Notes under the pieces: model-generated
Databases searched by the model: none
The model's input: only the letters and a program-made list of their open reading frames with translations
What the model was told of the DNA's origin: nothing
NCBI GenBank assembly: GCA_036507075.1
Contig: DASXQR010000050.1
Location: 1 to 17,077, forward strand
Reading direction: 5' to 3'
DNA: 17,077 nt
Source of the DNA: Acidobacteriota bacterium
GTDB lineage: Bacteria > Acidobacteriota > UBA6911 > JACQSX01
Translations under genes and position numbers: made by a program
Part shown: in pieces, positions 8,011 through 16,066 of the stretch
Layout of the letters: each line of letters opens with the position of its first letter
How positions within the stretch are numbered: position 1 is the first letter of the stretch

Positions 8011-8028
8011 GCTCGACGAGCCTAGCAC

Positions 8029-9531
8029 ATGAGTTCGTACAAGATCCCGCTTGCAGGCCCCTACACCAGCCGGGTGTCAGCGGTGAATGCTTCAAACTCA
8101 ACCTCCGGTTATGTGGGGGTCGGCATCGTCGGCCTGATGATCGTCGGCCAGTCCACGCAGGCGACCGACAAGGATGCGCGCTATATCAACTGCTTCGTGC
8201 AGACCGTCACCGACACCATCACCGGGGCGAAGAAGGTCGATACCGTCAAGCGCCCTGGATTCGGCACGCAGAGCACGCCAGCCAGCGGGCAAAAGGGCTA
8301 CTCCGTCATGGTCTGGACCGGAAATGGCGCAGGGACCAGCGTTATCTCCGCGTTTGGCGAGACGAACTCCACTATCTACAACGGGACGACAAGCCTTGGG
8401 GCGATAACCGGCCAATCGCGCGATCTCACGGAGACCAGCATCAACGGAACCGCGACGATCGCAGTCACAAGCTCCGATAACACCGGCTGGTATGCGGACT
8501 CGGGGTCCATGACCGAGATCACTGATACAGACTGGCCCGGCGATACGGAAACGATCGCCGGCTCGTTCGCACACCTTGACGGCTTCGCGCTCGTGATGAC
8601 TACGCGCCCCCGGCTCTGGTCCTCTGACGTGAACAGCATCACCGCATGGACTGCGAACAACTTCGGCGCGGTCAACGCCTACCCGGACGTTGGCGTAGGA
8701 GCAATCCGGTGGAAAAACTTCATCATGGCGTTCTGCCGGCAGCATTTGGAGTTCTGGTATAACGCCGGCCTGTCGCCGTTTCCGCTCGCTCGAGCTGCAG
8801 CAATGACGACAAAGGTCGGCGCGGTATCAGCGACCGCCATCGCGCGCATCGCCGACACCATTTTCTGGTGCGGGACAACCCCGGAAGGCGGGATGTCGAT
8901 TTTCCAGTGGGACGGCACCCTGTCTCGCGTCTCTTCCTCGGAAGTCGAGGCGATCATGATCCTTGCCGGGGCGTCGAATATCAGCCTTACGACGATCCGG
9001 CACTTCGGGCGTTCGTTCGTGCTGGTGCGCGCTGGGCCGACGACGAGTGCCTACTGCATCGAGGAGAAGTTCTGGTTCGAGTACAACTCGACTACGCCGC
9101 TCTGGTACAAGTGCGCCTCCGTAATGATCGGCGGGACGCAGGTCAACTACGCCGTGAGCAATGTTTCAACGAGCGGCAAGGTGTATTTGCAAAACCATGC
9201 CTCGCTTGTATTCACTGACGACACAGTGGCGTACACGGCGCGCATCCAGACTGGACCGGAGGATGCGGGGACCGATAACACCAAGTTCTATCACGATCTC
9301 AGCGTTGTGGCCGACGTGGAGAGCTCGACATCCACACTCACAATTGCTGTCAGTGACGACGATTACGCCACCTACACGACCCTGGGGACGGTGGACCTCT
9401 CCGGCACGCGCCCGTTGAAGCTTACCGGCCTGGGGTCGGCGAGACGTAGAGCATGGGCGCTTACGCATTCGGCGAATACCCCGATGAGGCTGCACAGGGC
9501 CGAGGGCAACCTGACGGTAGGTAACGTGTGA
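8029..9531 (+). CDS. Tail hub / packaged-DNA stabilisation protein (P22 gp10-like, 500 aa)
   Basis: KRPG near the N-terminus, FAHLDGF, W.ANNF...AYPD, EFWYNAG..PFPL.R and IFW. The beta-propeller-like composition, size and position match gp10. Confidence 0.8.
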   Translation: MSSYKIPLAGPYTSRVSAVNASNSTSGYVGVGIVGLMIVGQSTQATDKDARYINCFVQTVTDTITGAKKVDTVKRPGFGTQSTPASGQKGYSVMVWTGNGAGTSVISAFGETNSTIYNGTTSLGAITGQSRDLTETSINGTATIAVTSSDNTGWYADSGSMTEITDTDWPGDTETIAGSFAHLDGFALVMTTRPRLWSSDVNSITAWTANNFGAVNAYPDVGVGAIRWKNFIMAFCRQHLEFWYNAGLSPFPLARAAAMTTKVGAVSATAIARIADTIFWCGTTPEGGMSIFQWDGTLSRVSSSEVEAIMILAGASNISLTTIRHFGRSFVLVRAGPTTSAYCIEEKFWFEYNSTTPLWYKCASVMIGGTQVNYAVSNVSTSGKVYLQNHASLVFTDDTVAYTARIQTGPEDAGTDNTKFYHDLSVVADVESSTSTLTIAVSDDDYATYTTLGTVDLSGTRPLKLTGLGSARRRAWALTHSANTPMRLHRAEGNLTVGNV

Positions 9532-9923
9532 ATGCGCTCGACAACCTGCAAATCGACACGAAGTCGTTTTCCTACCGCGATCTCCTTTCGCTCGACCAGT
9601 GGGATTCATTCGTGGTCGCGGTCAGTCTTACCGTGGTCGGGACCCCCACATACACCGGGCGCTATCGCATCGTCGGGAAGCAATGCTTCTTCCAGGTCTC
9701 GCTGGTGTCGAGTACCTCGATCGCTTCAACGGCTGGAACGCACTACATCACGCTGCCGATTACCGCTGCCGGTATCGGTGGAGTCGCAACGATGACGAAC
9801 GATACGACTAACGTCGCCGTTGGGGTGTGCCATATCGACGTGGCGACCAGCCGCTGCTATGTCCCGACGCAAGCGGCGAGCGGGAGCACGTTCACTGTTT
9901 GCGGTTGGTTCGAGATTGGATAA
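9528..9923 (+). CDS. Small beta-rich tail protein (needle tip/receptor-binding-like, 131 aa)
   Basis: GTGA-coupled to the hub gene. The GRYRIVGKQCFFQV...ITLP pattern is seen in fibre C-terminal domains. It occupies the position of P22 gp26 but shows no obvious coiled coil. Confidence 0.5.
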   Translation: MNALDNLQIDTKSFSYRDLLSLDQWDSFVVAVSLTVVGTPTYTGRYRIVGKQCFFQVSLVSSTSIASTAGTHYITLPITAAGIGGVATMTNDTTNVAVGVCHIDVATSRCYVPTQAASGSTFTVCGWFEIG

Positions 9924-9935
9924 GGAATAAGAAAA

Positions 9936-11636
9936 ATGGCATTGGACCCGAGCAACGACCTAAGCCAGTGGGGCCGCTATGGCAGCACTGGTTACTGGAT
10001 CAACCTTAGCAACGACTCCATCATCAGCGACGCTGAATATCAGCGCATGGTGGCCGAGGCGAACGCGGCCAACCCGACGGCCAACTGGGTCGATGATTTT
10101 TCGAGCGGTTTGCGCAACCTCAGCACCGGGGAGACCATCCGCGATGCTTACACGGAATCTACTGGTGGAATGCCGGGGGCGCTCGACGAAAGCAAGCTAG
10201 CGCAATACGGGATTCAGCCTGACCAAATTCAGAGCGGATATTGGGACATCAACTCGCCGTTTTGGCAGAACCGTTACGACCCCTCAAAGACGCATTGGCT
10301 GCAAGTAGTCGCCGAGAACCCAAATCCTCAGATCCTTGAGCGGCTCGCTAGCTCTGGGTATTTCGATCGCTTCCCAAGCTTCCACGATCAGGCCGACTGG
10401 GCGCGGCTGCAAGCGCAGTTCGGCACCGACCAGAACCAGGGCGGTCTATGGGGGAACAGTCCAGCAGAATGGTTGGGACAGACTATTGCCGCCAATCAGG
10501 ACACTGAGTCGAGCAATAGGGCGACGCAAAATACATGGGCGGCGTCGGTGGCGCTGGCTCCGCTCCTTTGGTATGCCGGGGCATCAGCCGCGGGGGCCGC
10601 AGGTGGTGGGACGACCGGAGCCGCAGTCGGCGGGGCTACTGCTGGTGGCCTTGCAGGAGCGGGCAACGCCGCGATCAACAGCGAGAACGTCGGCGAAGGA
10701 GCGCTGAAGGGGGCCGTCATCGGCGGCGCGAGCGGAGCTGCGGGCGGATATCTGAACGGCGCGGTATCAGGCACCCCGACTGATGGAACGACTGACGGCT
10801 TGTCGCAATACCCGCAGTACGCGCAGACGAACACCGGGACGGCGACAGACTTCACTTACGACGCTCAAACGCCGCTCATGCCTGCCGCTCAACCTGCGCA
10901 AGATCCGACCTTCAGCGGGACTCTCACTCAAACCTCGCCCTACGCATACGAGAATTTGGGCAATATCGAAGCCTTCGGTTCTGCTCCGCCGCAAGCTTAT
11001 AGCGGGCCTATCAATAGCAACTTCACCCCAACGAACGCCCAGACAAATCCACAGACTGGAGCCATGCAAACAGCGGGCGGGGCCGCTGCAGGAACCGCCC
11101 TCTCGCGCATCCTCGACGGCACCGCTTCGACTGCTGACTACTTGAGTCTCCTCGGCACGGGTGCCGCTACGGGCCTAGGTATTTACGGGGCGAACCAGCA
11201 GGCGAAGTCGCTGGAACAGCTCACCGCGCAATACATGGCGATGGGCGCTCCATCTAGGGCAAGGTACGAGACGAGCTTCCTCCCTGGATTCTCGATGGCG
11301 AACGAGCCCGGATATCAAGACGCCCTCGACCAGACGACGAAATCATTCCTGCACAAGGCGTCGATTGCCGGGAATCCGGCAGACAGCCCCAACGCCTGGA
11401 CGCAGACCCTGCGAGACGTGAATGCTGGTTTTGCATACCCAGCATTACAGGACTATCGCCGGATGAATGCCAATGCTGGGGGTCTGTCGAGGTTCGCCGA
11501 CGCCGCTCCTGGGGTCGCTACCGGGGCCATCGGAGCCCAGAAGGGCGTCTATGACGCTGTGGGTTATGGACTGGGGAATGTTTTTAACCCGCCCACGACT
11601 CTCGAGCAGTTGCTAAAACAAATGAGAACGACATGA
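9936..11636 (+). CDS. Internal virion / DNA ejection protein 1 (566 aa)
   Basis: Gly/Ala-rich hydrophobic segments, a Gln/Asn-rich C-terminus with PGYQDAL, and first of three large genes after the hub. AAGGA SD. Confidence 0.65.
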   Translation: MALDPSNDLSQWGRYGSTGYWINLSNDSIISDAEYQRMVAEANAANPTANWVDDFSSGLRNLSTGETIRDAYTESTGGMPGALDESKLAQYGIQPDQIQSGYWDINSPFWQNRYDPSKTHWLQVVAENPNPQILERLASSGYFDRFPSFHDQADWARLQAQFGTDQNQGGLWGNSPAEWLGQTIAANQDTESSNRATQNTWAASVALAPLLWYAGASAAGAAGGGTTGAAVGGATAGGLAGAGNAAINSENVGEGALKGAVIGGASGAAGGYLNGAVSGTPTDGTTDGLSQYPQYAQTNTGTATDFTYDAQTPLMPAAQPAQDPTFSGTLTQTSPYAYENLGNIEAFGSAPPQAYSGPINSNFTPTNAQTNPQTGAMQTAGGAAAGTALSRILDGTASTADYLSLLGTGAATGLGIYGANQQAKSLEQLTAQYMAMGAPSRARYETSFLPGFSMANEPGYQDALDQTTKSFLHKASIAGNPADSPNAWTQTLRDVNAGFAYPALQDYRRMNANAGGLSRFADAAPGVATGAIGAQKGVYDAVGYGLGNVFNPPTTLEQLLKQMRTT

Positions 11637-12628
11637 GCGCGCTGGATAACGTACCCGGACTCGCGGGATATCTGCAAGCGCAGCAGCAGAACCAGGCGCA
11701 GGGGCTTGGGCAGTTGCAGCAGGCCGGTCTCGTTCTCGGACTTCAGGACACGCTGAGAAAGCAGGCGCAGGAGCAAGCCTTCCGTTCTGGACTTAGACCC
11801 GACATGACCCAAGACGAGCTGGCGATGCACGCAGCGCGATTTGCTGGCCCGGAAAAGGTGATGGATATACAGCAAAAATCTCTTGATCGCCGTGAGGCAG
11901 CTAAGGAAAGGGCATTGCAATTCGCTCAGACTATTGATCTTAAACAACAGGCTTTAGATCAACAAAAATCCGCTTTTGAACAACGCACCGAAGACGCGCA
12001 GGCGCGACAGAGTTTCAATGAATGGTACAAATCCCAGTCTCTGGTCTTGCAAAAGCAGAACGCTGCTGTCAATGAGGAGCTTAAACGCCTCGGTCTGCAA
12101 ATCTCCTCGGATAAGGTCAATTCGGCCAGCGCCAATCAATTACAAAGACAAACCCAGATGCTTGGGACGGCTCTTGAGAGAGCCAACCTGCCGGAAGCGG
12201 ACGCGACCCTGAGAGCAGTAGAAGGTGCGCTCACCAAGAATCCGAAGATCGCGGAATATCTGAGCGGGCCGAAGTCTCTCCTGCCGGATCTTGCGGTCGA
12301 TCAGGACGTGAGGGAGGGAAGACAGGCTTTCCAAAAGTTATTCAACATCACGTTGAAGAATAGATCCGGTGCAGCGGTCACGAATCAGGAGCTAGAAAGA
12401 CTCAAGCAGGAATTTGCCACCGGAGCGCTCAAGACCCCGGAGCAATTGAAAGCCGCCGTGAATCAGGCGAGAAACATCATTAGCCAGCACTACCGGGCGG
12501 TAGCTTCTGGCTTTGGACCGGACGCCCTCAATTCTTACAACGCCAACATGCGCGAGATGGGCGGGACTCCTTTACTGGAGCCGGGACAGGCACAACCAAA
12601 GGGCGCTGATCCCCTCGGGATTCGATGA
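11633..12628 (+). CDS. Internal virion / DNA ejection protein 2 (331 aa)
   Basis: Gln-rich coiled-coil N-half, RSGAAVTNQE motif, and ATGA coupling on both sides. Confidence 0.65.
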   Translation: MSALDNVPGLAGYLQAQQQNQAQGLGQLQQAGLVLGLQDTLRKQAQEQAFRSGLRPDMTQDELAMHAARFAGPEKVMDIQQKSLDRREAAKERALQFAQTIDLKQQALDQQKSAFEQRTEDAQARQSFNEWYKSQSLVLQKQNAAVNEELKRLGLQISSDKVNSASANQLQRQTQMLGTALERANLPEADATLRAVEGALTKNPKIAEYLSGPKSLLPDLAVDQDVREGRQAFQKLFNITLKNRSGAAVTNQELERLKQEFATGALKTPEQLKAAVNQARNIISQHYRAVASGFGPDALNSYNANMREMGGTPLLEPGQAQPKGADPLGIR

Positions 12629-14517
12629 ACATTCAGGAAGTGCGCCAGCAGTATCCGCAATATAACGACCTCTCCGATGAGCAGTTGGCGAAGGGGCTGC
12701 ATGCGAAGTTCTATTCGGATATGTCCTATGACCAGTTCTCCGCGAAGATCGGTCTAGGCAAGCAAGAGGCCGGTGTGTTGGGCGTAGCAGCCGAAGCCGC
12801 CAAGGGTCTAGCCCGTGGCGCATCGGATACGGCGGGGATGATCCCGAGAGGGATAGGTGGTCTTATCGCTGGTCCGGCGGGTAGCGAGCTGGCCGGTAGG
12901 GCGGTAGATTTTCTGGCTGGACCTTCTAGGTCTCTAGTCCCTCGAAAGTCCCAGAACGAAGCCGAGAAGATGGCGGCTACCGGAGGGGAAATCGCCGGAG
13001 CAGTAATCGCCGGAGGCCCCGGAAACACTCTAAGACAGGCTGCGGTGAATACGCTCTTGCCCGCCGCTGGTGGCGTTATTGGAGAGCAAGTCGCAGGCGA
13101 TACCGGAAAACTCGTGGGGGCCTTAACGCCGACCGCGCTACAAGCTGGAGCCAGTCCTCTACTGCAAAAAGCGAAGGAAGCCATAGCCGACCGCGTGGCC
13201 CCGAGAGTTGCAGCGTTCAGGCAAGCGGGGGCAGAACCATCGGTAGGACAGGCTACCGAGTTCAACTTTGTCCAGGGCTTCGAGAATCTTCTTTCCAAGT
13301 TCCCCGGCGGGCAGGGGATATTCAGGAAGTTCTCCGAGAACCAGACCAAGCAACTCGGCGAAACAGCGAAGACCGGCGTTTCATCCGAGGATGCGGGGCG
13401 GGCCATCGAGAAGGGAGTTACCGGCTTCCTCGCGCGTACCAAAGAGACATGGAAACAGCTCGACGAGCAGGTGGCGGCGAAGATTCCGCAAGGCTCTGCT
13501 TTCCAGCCGGCGAACACGGTAAAAGCTTTGGATGAATTGACGGCTCCTGTTGCCGGCGCTGAGAAAACGACCGGAGCCCTAGTCAATCCGAAGGTTGCCG
13601 AGATTCGCGCAAATATTGCCGAGGACTTGAAAGCCAATAACGGCCAGATGCCTTTCGAGGCGATCAGGGCACTAAGAACAAAAGTCGGCTCGATGCTCGA
13701 TGAGTCGATTGTCAGCGGAGTCCCGCAGGGCGAGTTAAAGCGGCTCTATGGGGCTCTCTCTAAAGACTTGGAGGCCGCTGCCAATCAAGCGGGGGCAGGG
13801 AAAGAGTTTGCGCGGCAAAACGACTTCTACCGCTCACGCATGGAGCGTATCGAGGGCACGCTTGAGCGCGTGCTAGGCAAGACCCCCGAGGAAACCTTCG
13901 CCAAGTTCATGCCGAAAGACGCGAATCAGGCTACTACTGTCCGCGCGACGATGCGAAGCCTTGATCCGGAACAAAGGAAGGTCGTTCAAGAAGCCGTTGT
14001 TAATAGACTTGGTAGAGCAACACCCGGAAAGCAGAACGAGGCTGGGGATGTGTTTTCTCCCGAAACTTTCCTTACCAACTGGAACAAGCTTTCTCCGGGT
14101 GCCAAGCAACAACTTTTCTCAGATCCGGCAGTCAGTAAGAACATGGACGCTCTAGCGTCTGTTTCTGAAAACCTCCGCACCGGAGCCAAGGTATTCGCAA
14201 ATCCATCCGGTACTGCTGGAGCTGCGGCCCCGATGGGAATCGGCTATCTCGCGGCTCGTGGGGCTGTCAGTGCTGTTACCGGAGATATCGGTGGGGCTGC
14301 ATATCACCTCGGGACTGCCGGTGCCCTGATGGGCGGGGCTTCGATCGGCGCGAAGATGCTGACGAGCCCCAAAGTCGTTGAGTGGCTCGCCCAGTACCCA
14401 AAGGTTGCTCCTGAAGCCGCAGCCATGCATCTCGCAAGGCTCGGCGTGATCTATAACGAAACCAAAGACGAAGCCCTTAAGGGCGAACTAGCGCAGTTCA
14501 TAAACAGCGTGAAATAG
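12625..14517 (+). CDS. Internal virion / DNA ejection protein 3 (gp16-like, 630 aa)
   Basis: N-terminal RQQYPQYNDLSDEQLA, Gly/Ala-rich membrane-like segments near both ends and a helical centre; last and largest gene of the trio. Confidence 0.7.
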   Translation: MNIQEVRQQYPQYNDLSDEQLAKGLHAKFYSDMSYDQFSAKIGLGKQEAGVLGVAAEAAKGLARGASDTAGMIPRGIGGLIAGPAGSELAGRAVDFLAGPSRSLVPRKSQNEAEKMAATGGEIAGAVIAGGPGNTLRQAAVNTLLPAAGGVIGEQVAGDTGKLVGALTPTALQAGASPLLQKAKEAIADRVAPRVAAFRQAGAEPSVGQATEFNFVQGFENLLSKFPGGQGIFRKFSENQTKQLGETAKTGVSSEDAGRAIEKGVTGFLARTKETWKQLDEQVAAKIPQGSAFQPANTVKALDELTAPVAGAEKTTGALVNPKVAEIRANIAEDLKANNGQMPFEAIRALRTKVGSMLDESIVSGVPQGELKRLYGALSKDLEAAANQAGAGKEFARQNDFYRSRMERIEGTLERVLGKTPEETFAKFMPKDANQATTVRATMRSLDPEQRKVVQEAVVNRLGRATPGKQNEAGDVFSPETFLTNWNKLSPGAKQQLFSDPAVSKNMDALASVSENLRTGAKVFANPSGTAGAAAPMGIGYLAARGAVSAVTGDIGGAAYHLGTAGALMGGASIGAKMLTSPKVVEWLAQYPKVAPEAAAMHLARLGVIYNETKDEALKGELAQFINSVK

Positions 14518-14523
14518 AACCCC

Positions 14524-14537
14524 ACAAATAACAAGAG
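14524..14537 (+). repeat. 14-bp intergenic direct repeat ACAAATAACAAGAG, copy 2
   Basis: Identical to 5492-5505; precedes the holin-like ORF. Confidence 0.85.
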
Positions 14538-14550
14538 GCGCACACCGCCC

Positions 14551-14733
14551 ATGAAGCTAGAACAAATCCAGCAGGTAGCCGACGCCACTCCTACGTGGGC
14601 GAACTGGCTGATTATCGGCGGCAGTTGGGCCGTCTCGATTTTACAACCACTTGCTTTGCTCGTGACCGTCGCATGGGGCGGGCTTCAAATCTTTTCATGG
14701 TGGGAGAAACGCAGGAAAAAACGAAAGGAGTAG
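14551..14733 (+). CDS. Holin-like small membrane protein (60 aa)
   Basis: One or two hydrophobic segments followed by a highly basic tail (KRRKKRKE); directly follows the structural genes. Confidence 0.6.
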   Translation: MKLEQIQQVADATPTWANWLIIGGSWAVSILQPLALLVTVAWGGLQIFSWWEKRRKKRKE

Positions 14734-14735
14734 CT

Positions 14736-15179
14736 ATGGATGACAAAGAACACTGCTACCACGACTTCGACAAGCAGGAGCTAACGATCCTGAACAAGTG
14801 GTTCTGGGCGTTCGTCATCTTCTGTGTTGGGTTATTTCTCTGGTCACTACCGAAGCTCGCCAAGGCTGAAGAAATCCCCGTCCACGTCATCGAGCATCAC
14901 CAGGGCGTGAAGATGAGACTCCTTCCCGGCCCCTGCGTCGATCCGGTGTCACTCGCAATGATCGCGGACGCCCCCCCGCAGTTCAAAGACGGCTGGAAGG
15001 CGATCTCGAGCCAGTGGCGCATGAATGGCGGTAACTGGCAGGAGTTCGCTGGCTGCTGGTTAGAAGTAGACAAAGCCGGAATCGGCACTCCGGAGAACGT
15101 GATGCTGCTCCTTTTTTCCGATGGAGCGGTGGTGCAGCTCCTCAAGAGCGAATTGCTCGGAAATCGCCCCGGTGCGTAG
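14736..15179 (+). CDS. Exported/membrane-anchored hypothetical protein (147 aa)
   Basis: AAGGAG SD at 14725-14730 before ATG 14736. Hydrophobic WFWAFVIFCVGLFLWSL followed by an AKA/EE cleavage-like site. Two Cys in the mature part (GPC, GCW). Confidence 0.65.
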   Translation: MDDKEHCYHDFDKQELTILNKWFWAFVIFCVGLFLWSLPKLAKAEEIPVHVIEHHQGVKMRLLPGPCVDPVSLAMIADAPPQFKDGWKAISSQWRMNGGNWQEFAGCWLEVDKAGIGTPENVMLLLFSDGAVVQLLKSELLGNRPGA

Positions 15180-15627
15180 CCTAATCGTGCTAGCCCTGAG
15201 CACGTTAGCCATATCTAACAGTGTAGCGGCCGAGACGTGGCTGGTCGGCTCCATCGCCAGCTACCACCTCCAGCGAGACAAGGATTACTGCGAGTTCAAC
15301 CCTGGAATCGGCGTCGAGCACGACATCGCCAAGAACACCAGAGCCGTCATCGGGCAGTACAACAATAGCTTCTGTCTCCCCAGTGCGTACCTTGGGATCA
15401 GCTATACGCCGCTGACGCTCGGTAACTTCAGGCTCGGCTCTGCCTTCATCGCGGTAAGCGGTTACGGCGACGCGATCAAGAAGAAGAACGAGCAGCAGGA
15501 CATTCTGTTGGCCCCGCTGGGCGTGATCTCGTATGAGCGCGGCAAGTACGGGGTGAATCTCGTACTGGTTCCTCCGCATGGGGACTTCAAGGGAGCCATG
15601 GGGGTTCAGGTCAAGGTGAAGTTTTGA
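15172..15627 (+). CDS. PagP-like small outer-membrane beta-barrel (151 aa precursor)
   Basis: GTG 15172 gives a signal peptide (MRSLIVLALSTLAISNSVAA). SYH...EFNPGIG...GQYNNS...SAYLG pattern, alternating amphipathic strands, and C-terminal VQVKVKF (BAM signal). Confidence 0.65.
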   Translation: MRSLIVLALSTLAISNSVAAETWLVGSIASYHLQRDKDYCEFNPGIGVEHDIAKNTRAVIGQYNNSFCLPSAYLGISYTPLTLGNFRLGSAFIAVSGYGDAIKKKNEQQDILLAPLGVISYERGKYGVNLVLVPPHGDFKGAMGVQVKVKF

Positions 15628-15800
15628 GGCTCACCTCTGCCGAGAAGATTGTGGACCAGTTAGACGGAGCAACGATAGTCAGTGTGTACGTTGAAGATGA
15701 TACCGGAATGCACATTTGTTTTCAGGACGGCAGGACGTTAATCATCGCTGGGGCATTCGCTCTCAGTCTCATGCGGATAGAAACGGCGAGGCTCCATTGA
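15624..15800 (+). CDS. Small hypothetical protein (58 aa), not in the ORF track
   Basis: TTG 15624 to TGA 15800: MRLTSAEKIVDQLDGATIVSVYVEDDTGMHICFQDGRTLIIAGAFALSLMRIETARLH. TTGA overlaps at both ends exactly fill the gap. Confidence 0.7.
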   Translation: MRLTSAEKIVDQLDGATIVSVYVEDDTGMHICFQDGRTLIIAGAFALSLMRIETARLH

Positions 15801-16066
15801 GGTATCCGGTGGTCGAGGTAACTTGGGACGACGCCACGGCCCTCGATGGCTGGTCCTCGGGGAGCGAGGAAATCAAGCCCTGCCTCGTGCTCTCGGTCGG
15901 GTTCCTGGTCAAGAAGACCAAGACGCATATCGTCCTCGCGCAAGACATCGCTCCTGACGGCGATCTATGCGGACGCGGGCAAATCCCGAGGGGGATGGTC
16001 AAGCGAATAAAGGTGCTCAAGAAAAAAGATGCCAGCTCCCGCGTACCGCGTAGACGAAAAGCTTAA
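15797..16066 (+). CDS. Conserved-looking phage hypothetical protein (89 aa)
   Basis: TTGA-coupled start. The VEVTWDDA...W...SVGFL...IVLA...IPRGMV pattern is one I recognise from small phage proteins of unknown function. Confidence 0.65.
   Translation: MRYPVVEVTWDDATALDGWSSGSEEIKPCLVLSVGFLVKKTKTHIVLAQDIAPDGDLCGRGQIPRGMVKRIKVLKKKDASSRVPRRRKA

Noticed and set aside
7279..8025. 248-aa + strand ORF as an ordinary protein-coding feature
   Set aside because: No motifs, and it is codon-aligned antisense to a clear methyltransferase; kept only as a hypothesis in findings.
8098..9609. Several 90-215 aa minus-strand ORFs over the hub gene
   Set aside because: Antisense shadows of a well-supported gene with no recognisable domains.
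12726..13637. 303-aa minus-strand ORF
   Set aside because: It lies wholly within ejection protein 3, has Ala/Ser/Pro-rich shadow composition and no motif.
5492..14537. 14-bp direct repeat as att sites or a target-site duplication
   Set aside because: It would excise essential tail and ejection genes, no recombinase is visible, and degenerate copies in other leaders favour a regulatory role.
14537..14559. GGCG-CACAC-CGCC hairpin and a possible lambda-S-like dual start for the holin
   Set aside because: Only a 4-bp stem with no U-tract, and the N-terminus is Met-Lys-Leu (CTA) with no second start codon.
14595..15796. ORF-track starts at 14595, 15121 and 15716 (also 1417 and 2714)
   Set aside because: Downstream starts (14736, 15172, 15797, 1435, 2738) have an SD, a signal peptide or stop-start coupling and avoid long overlaps.
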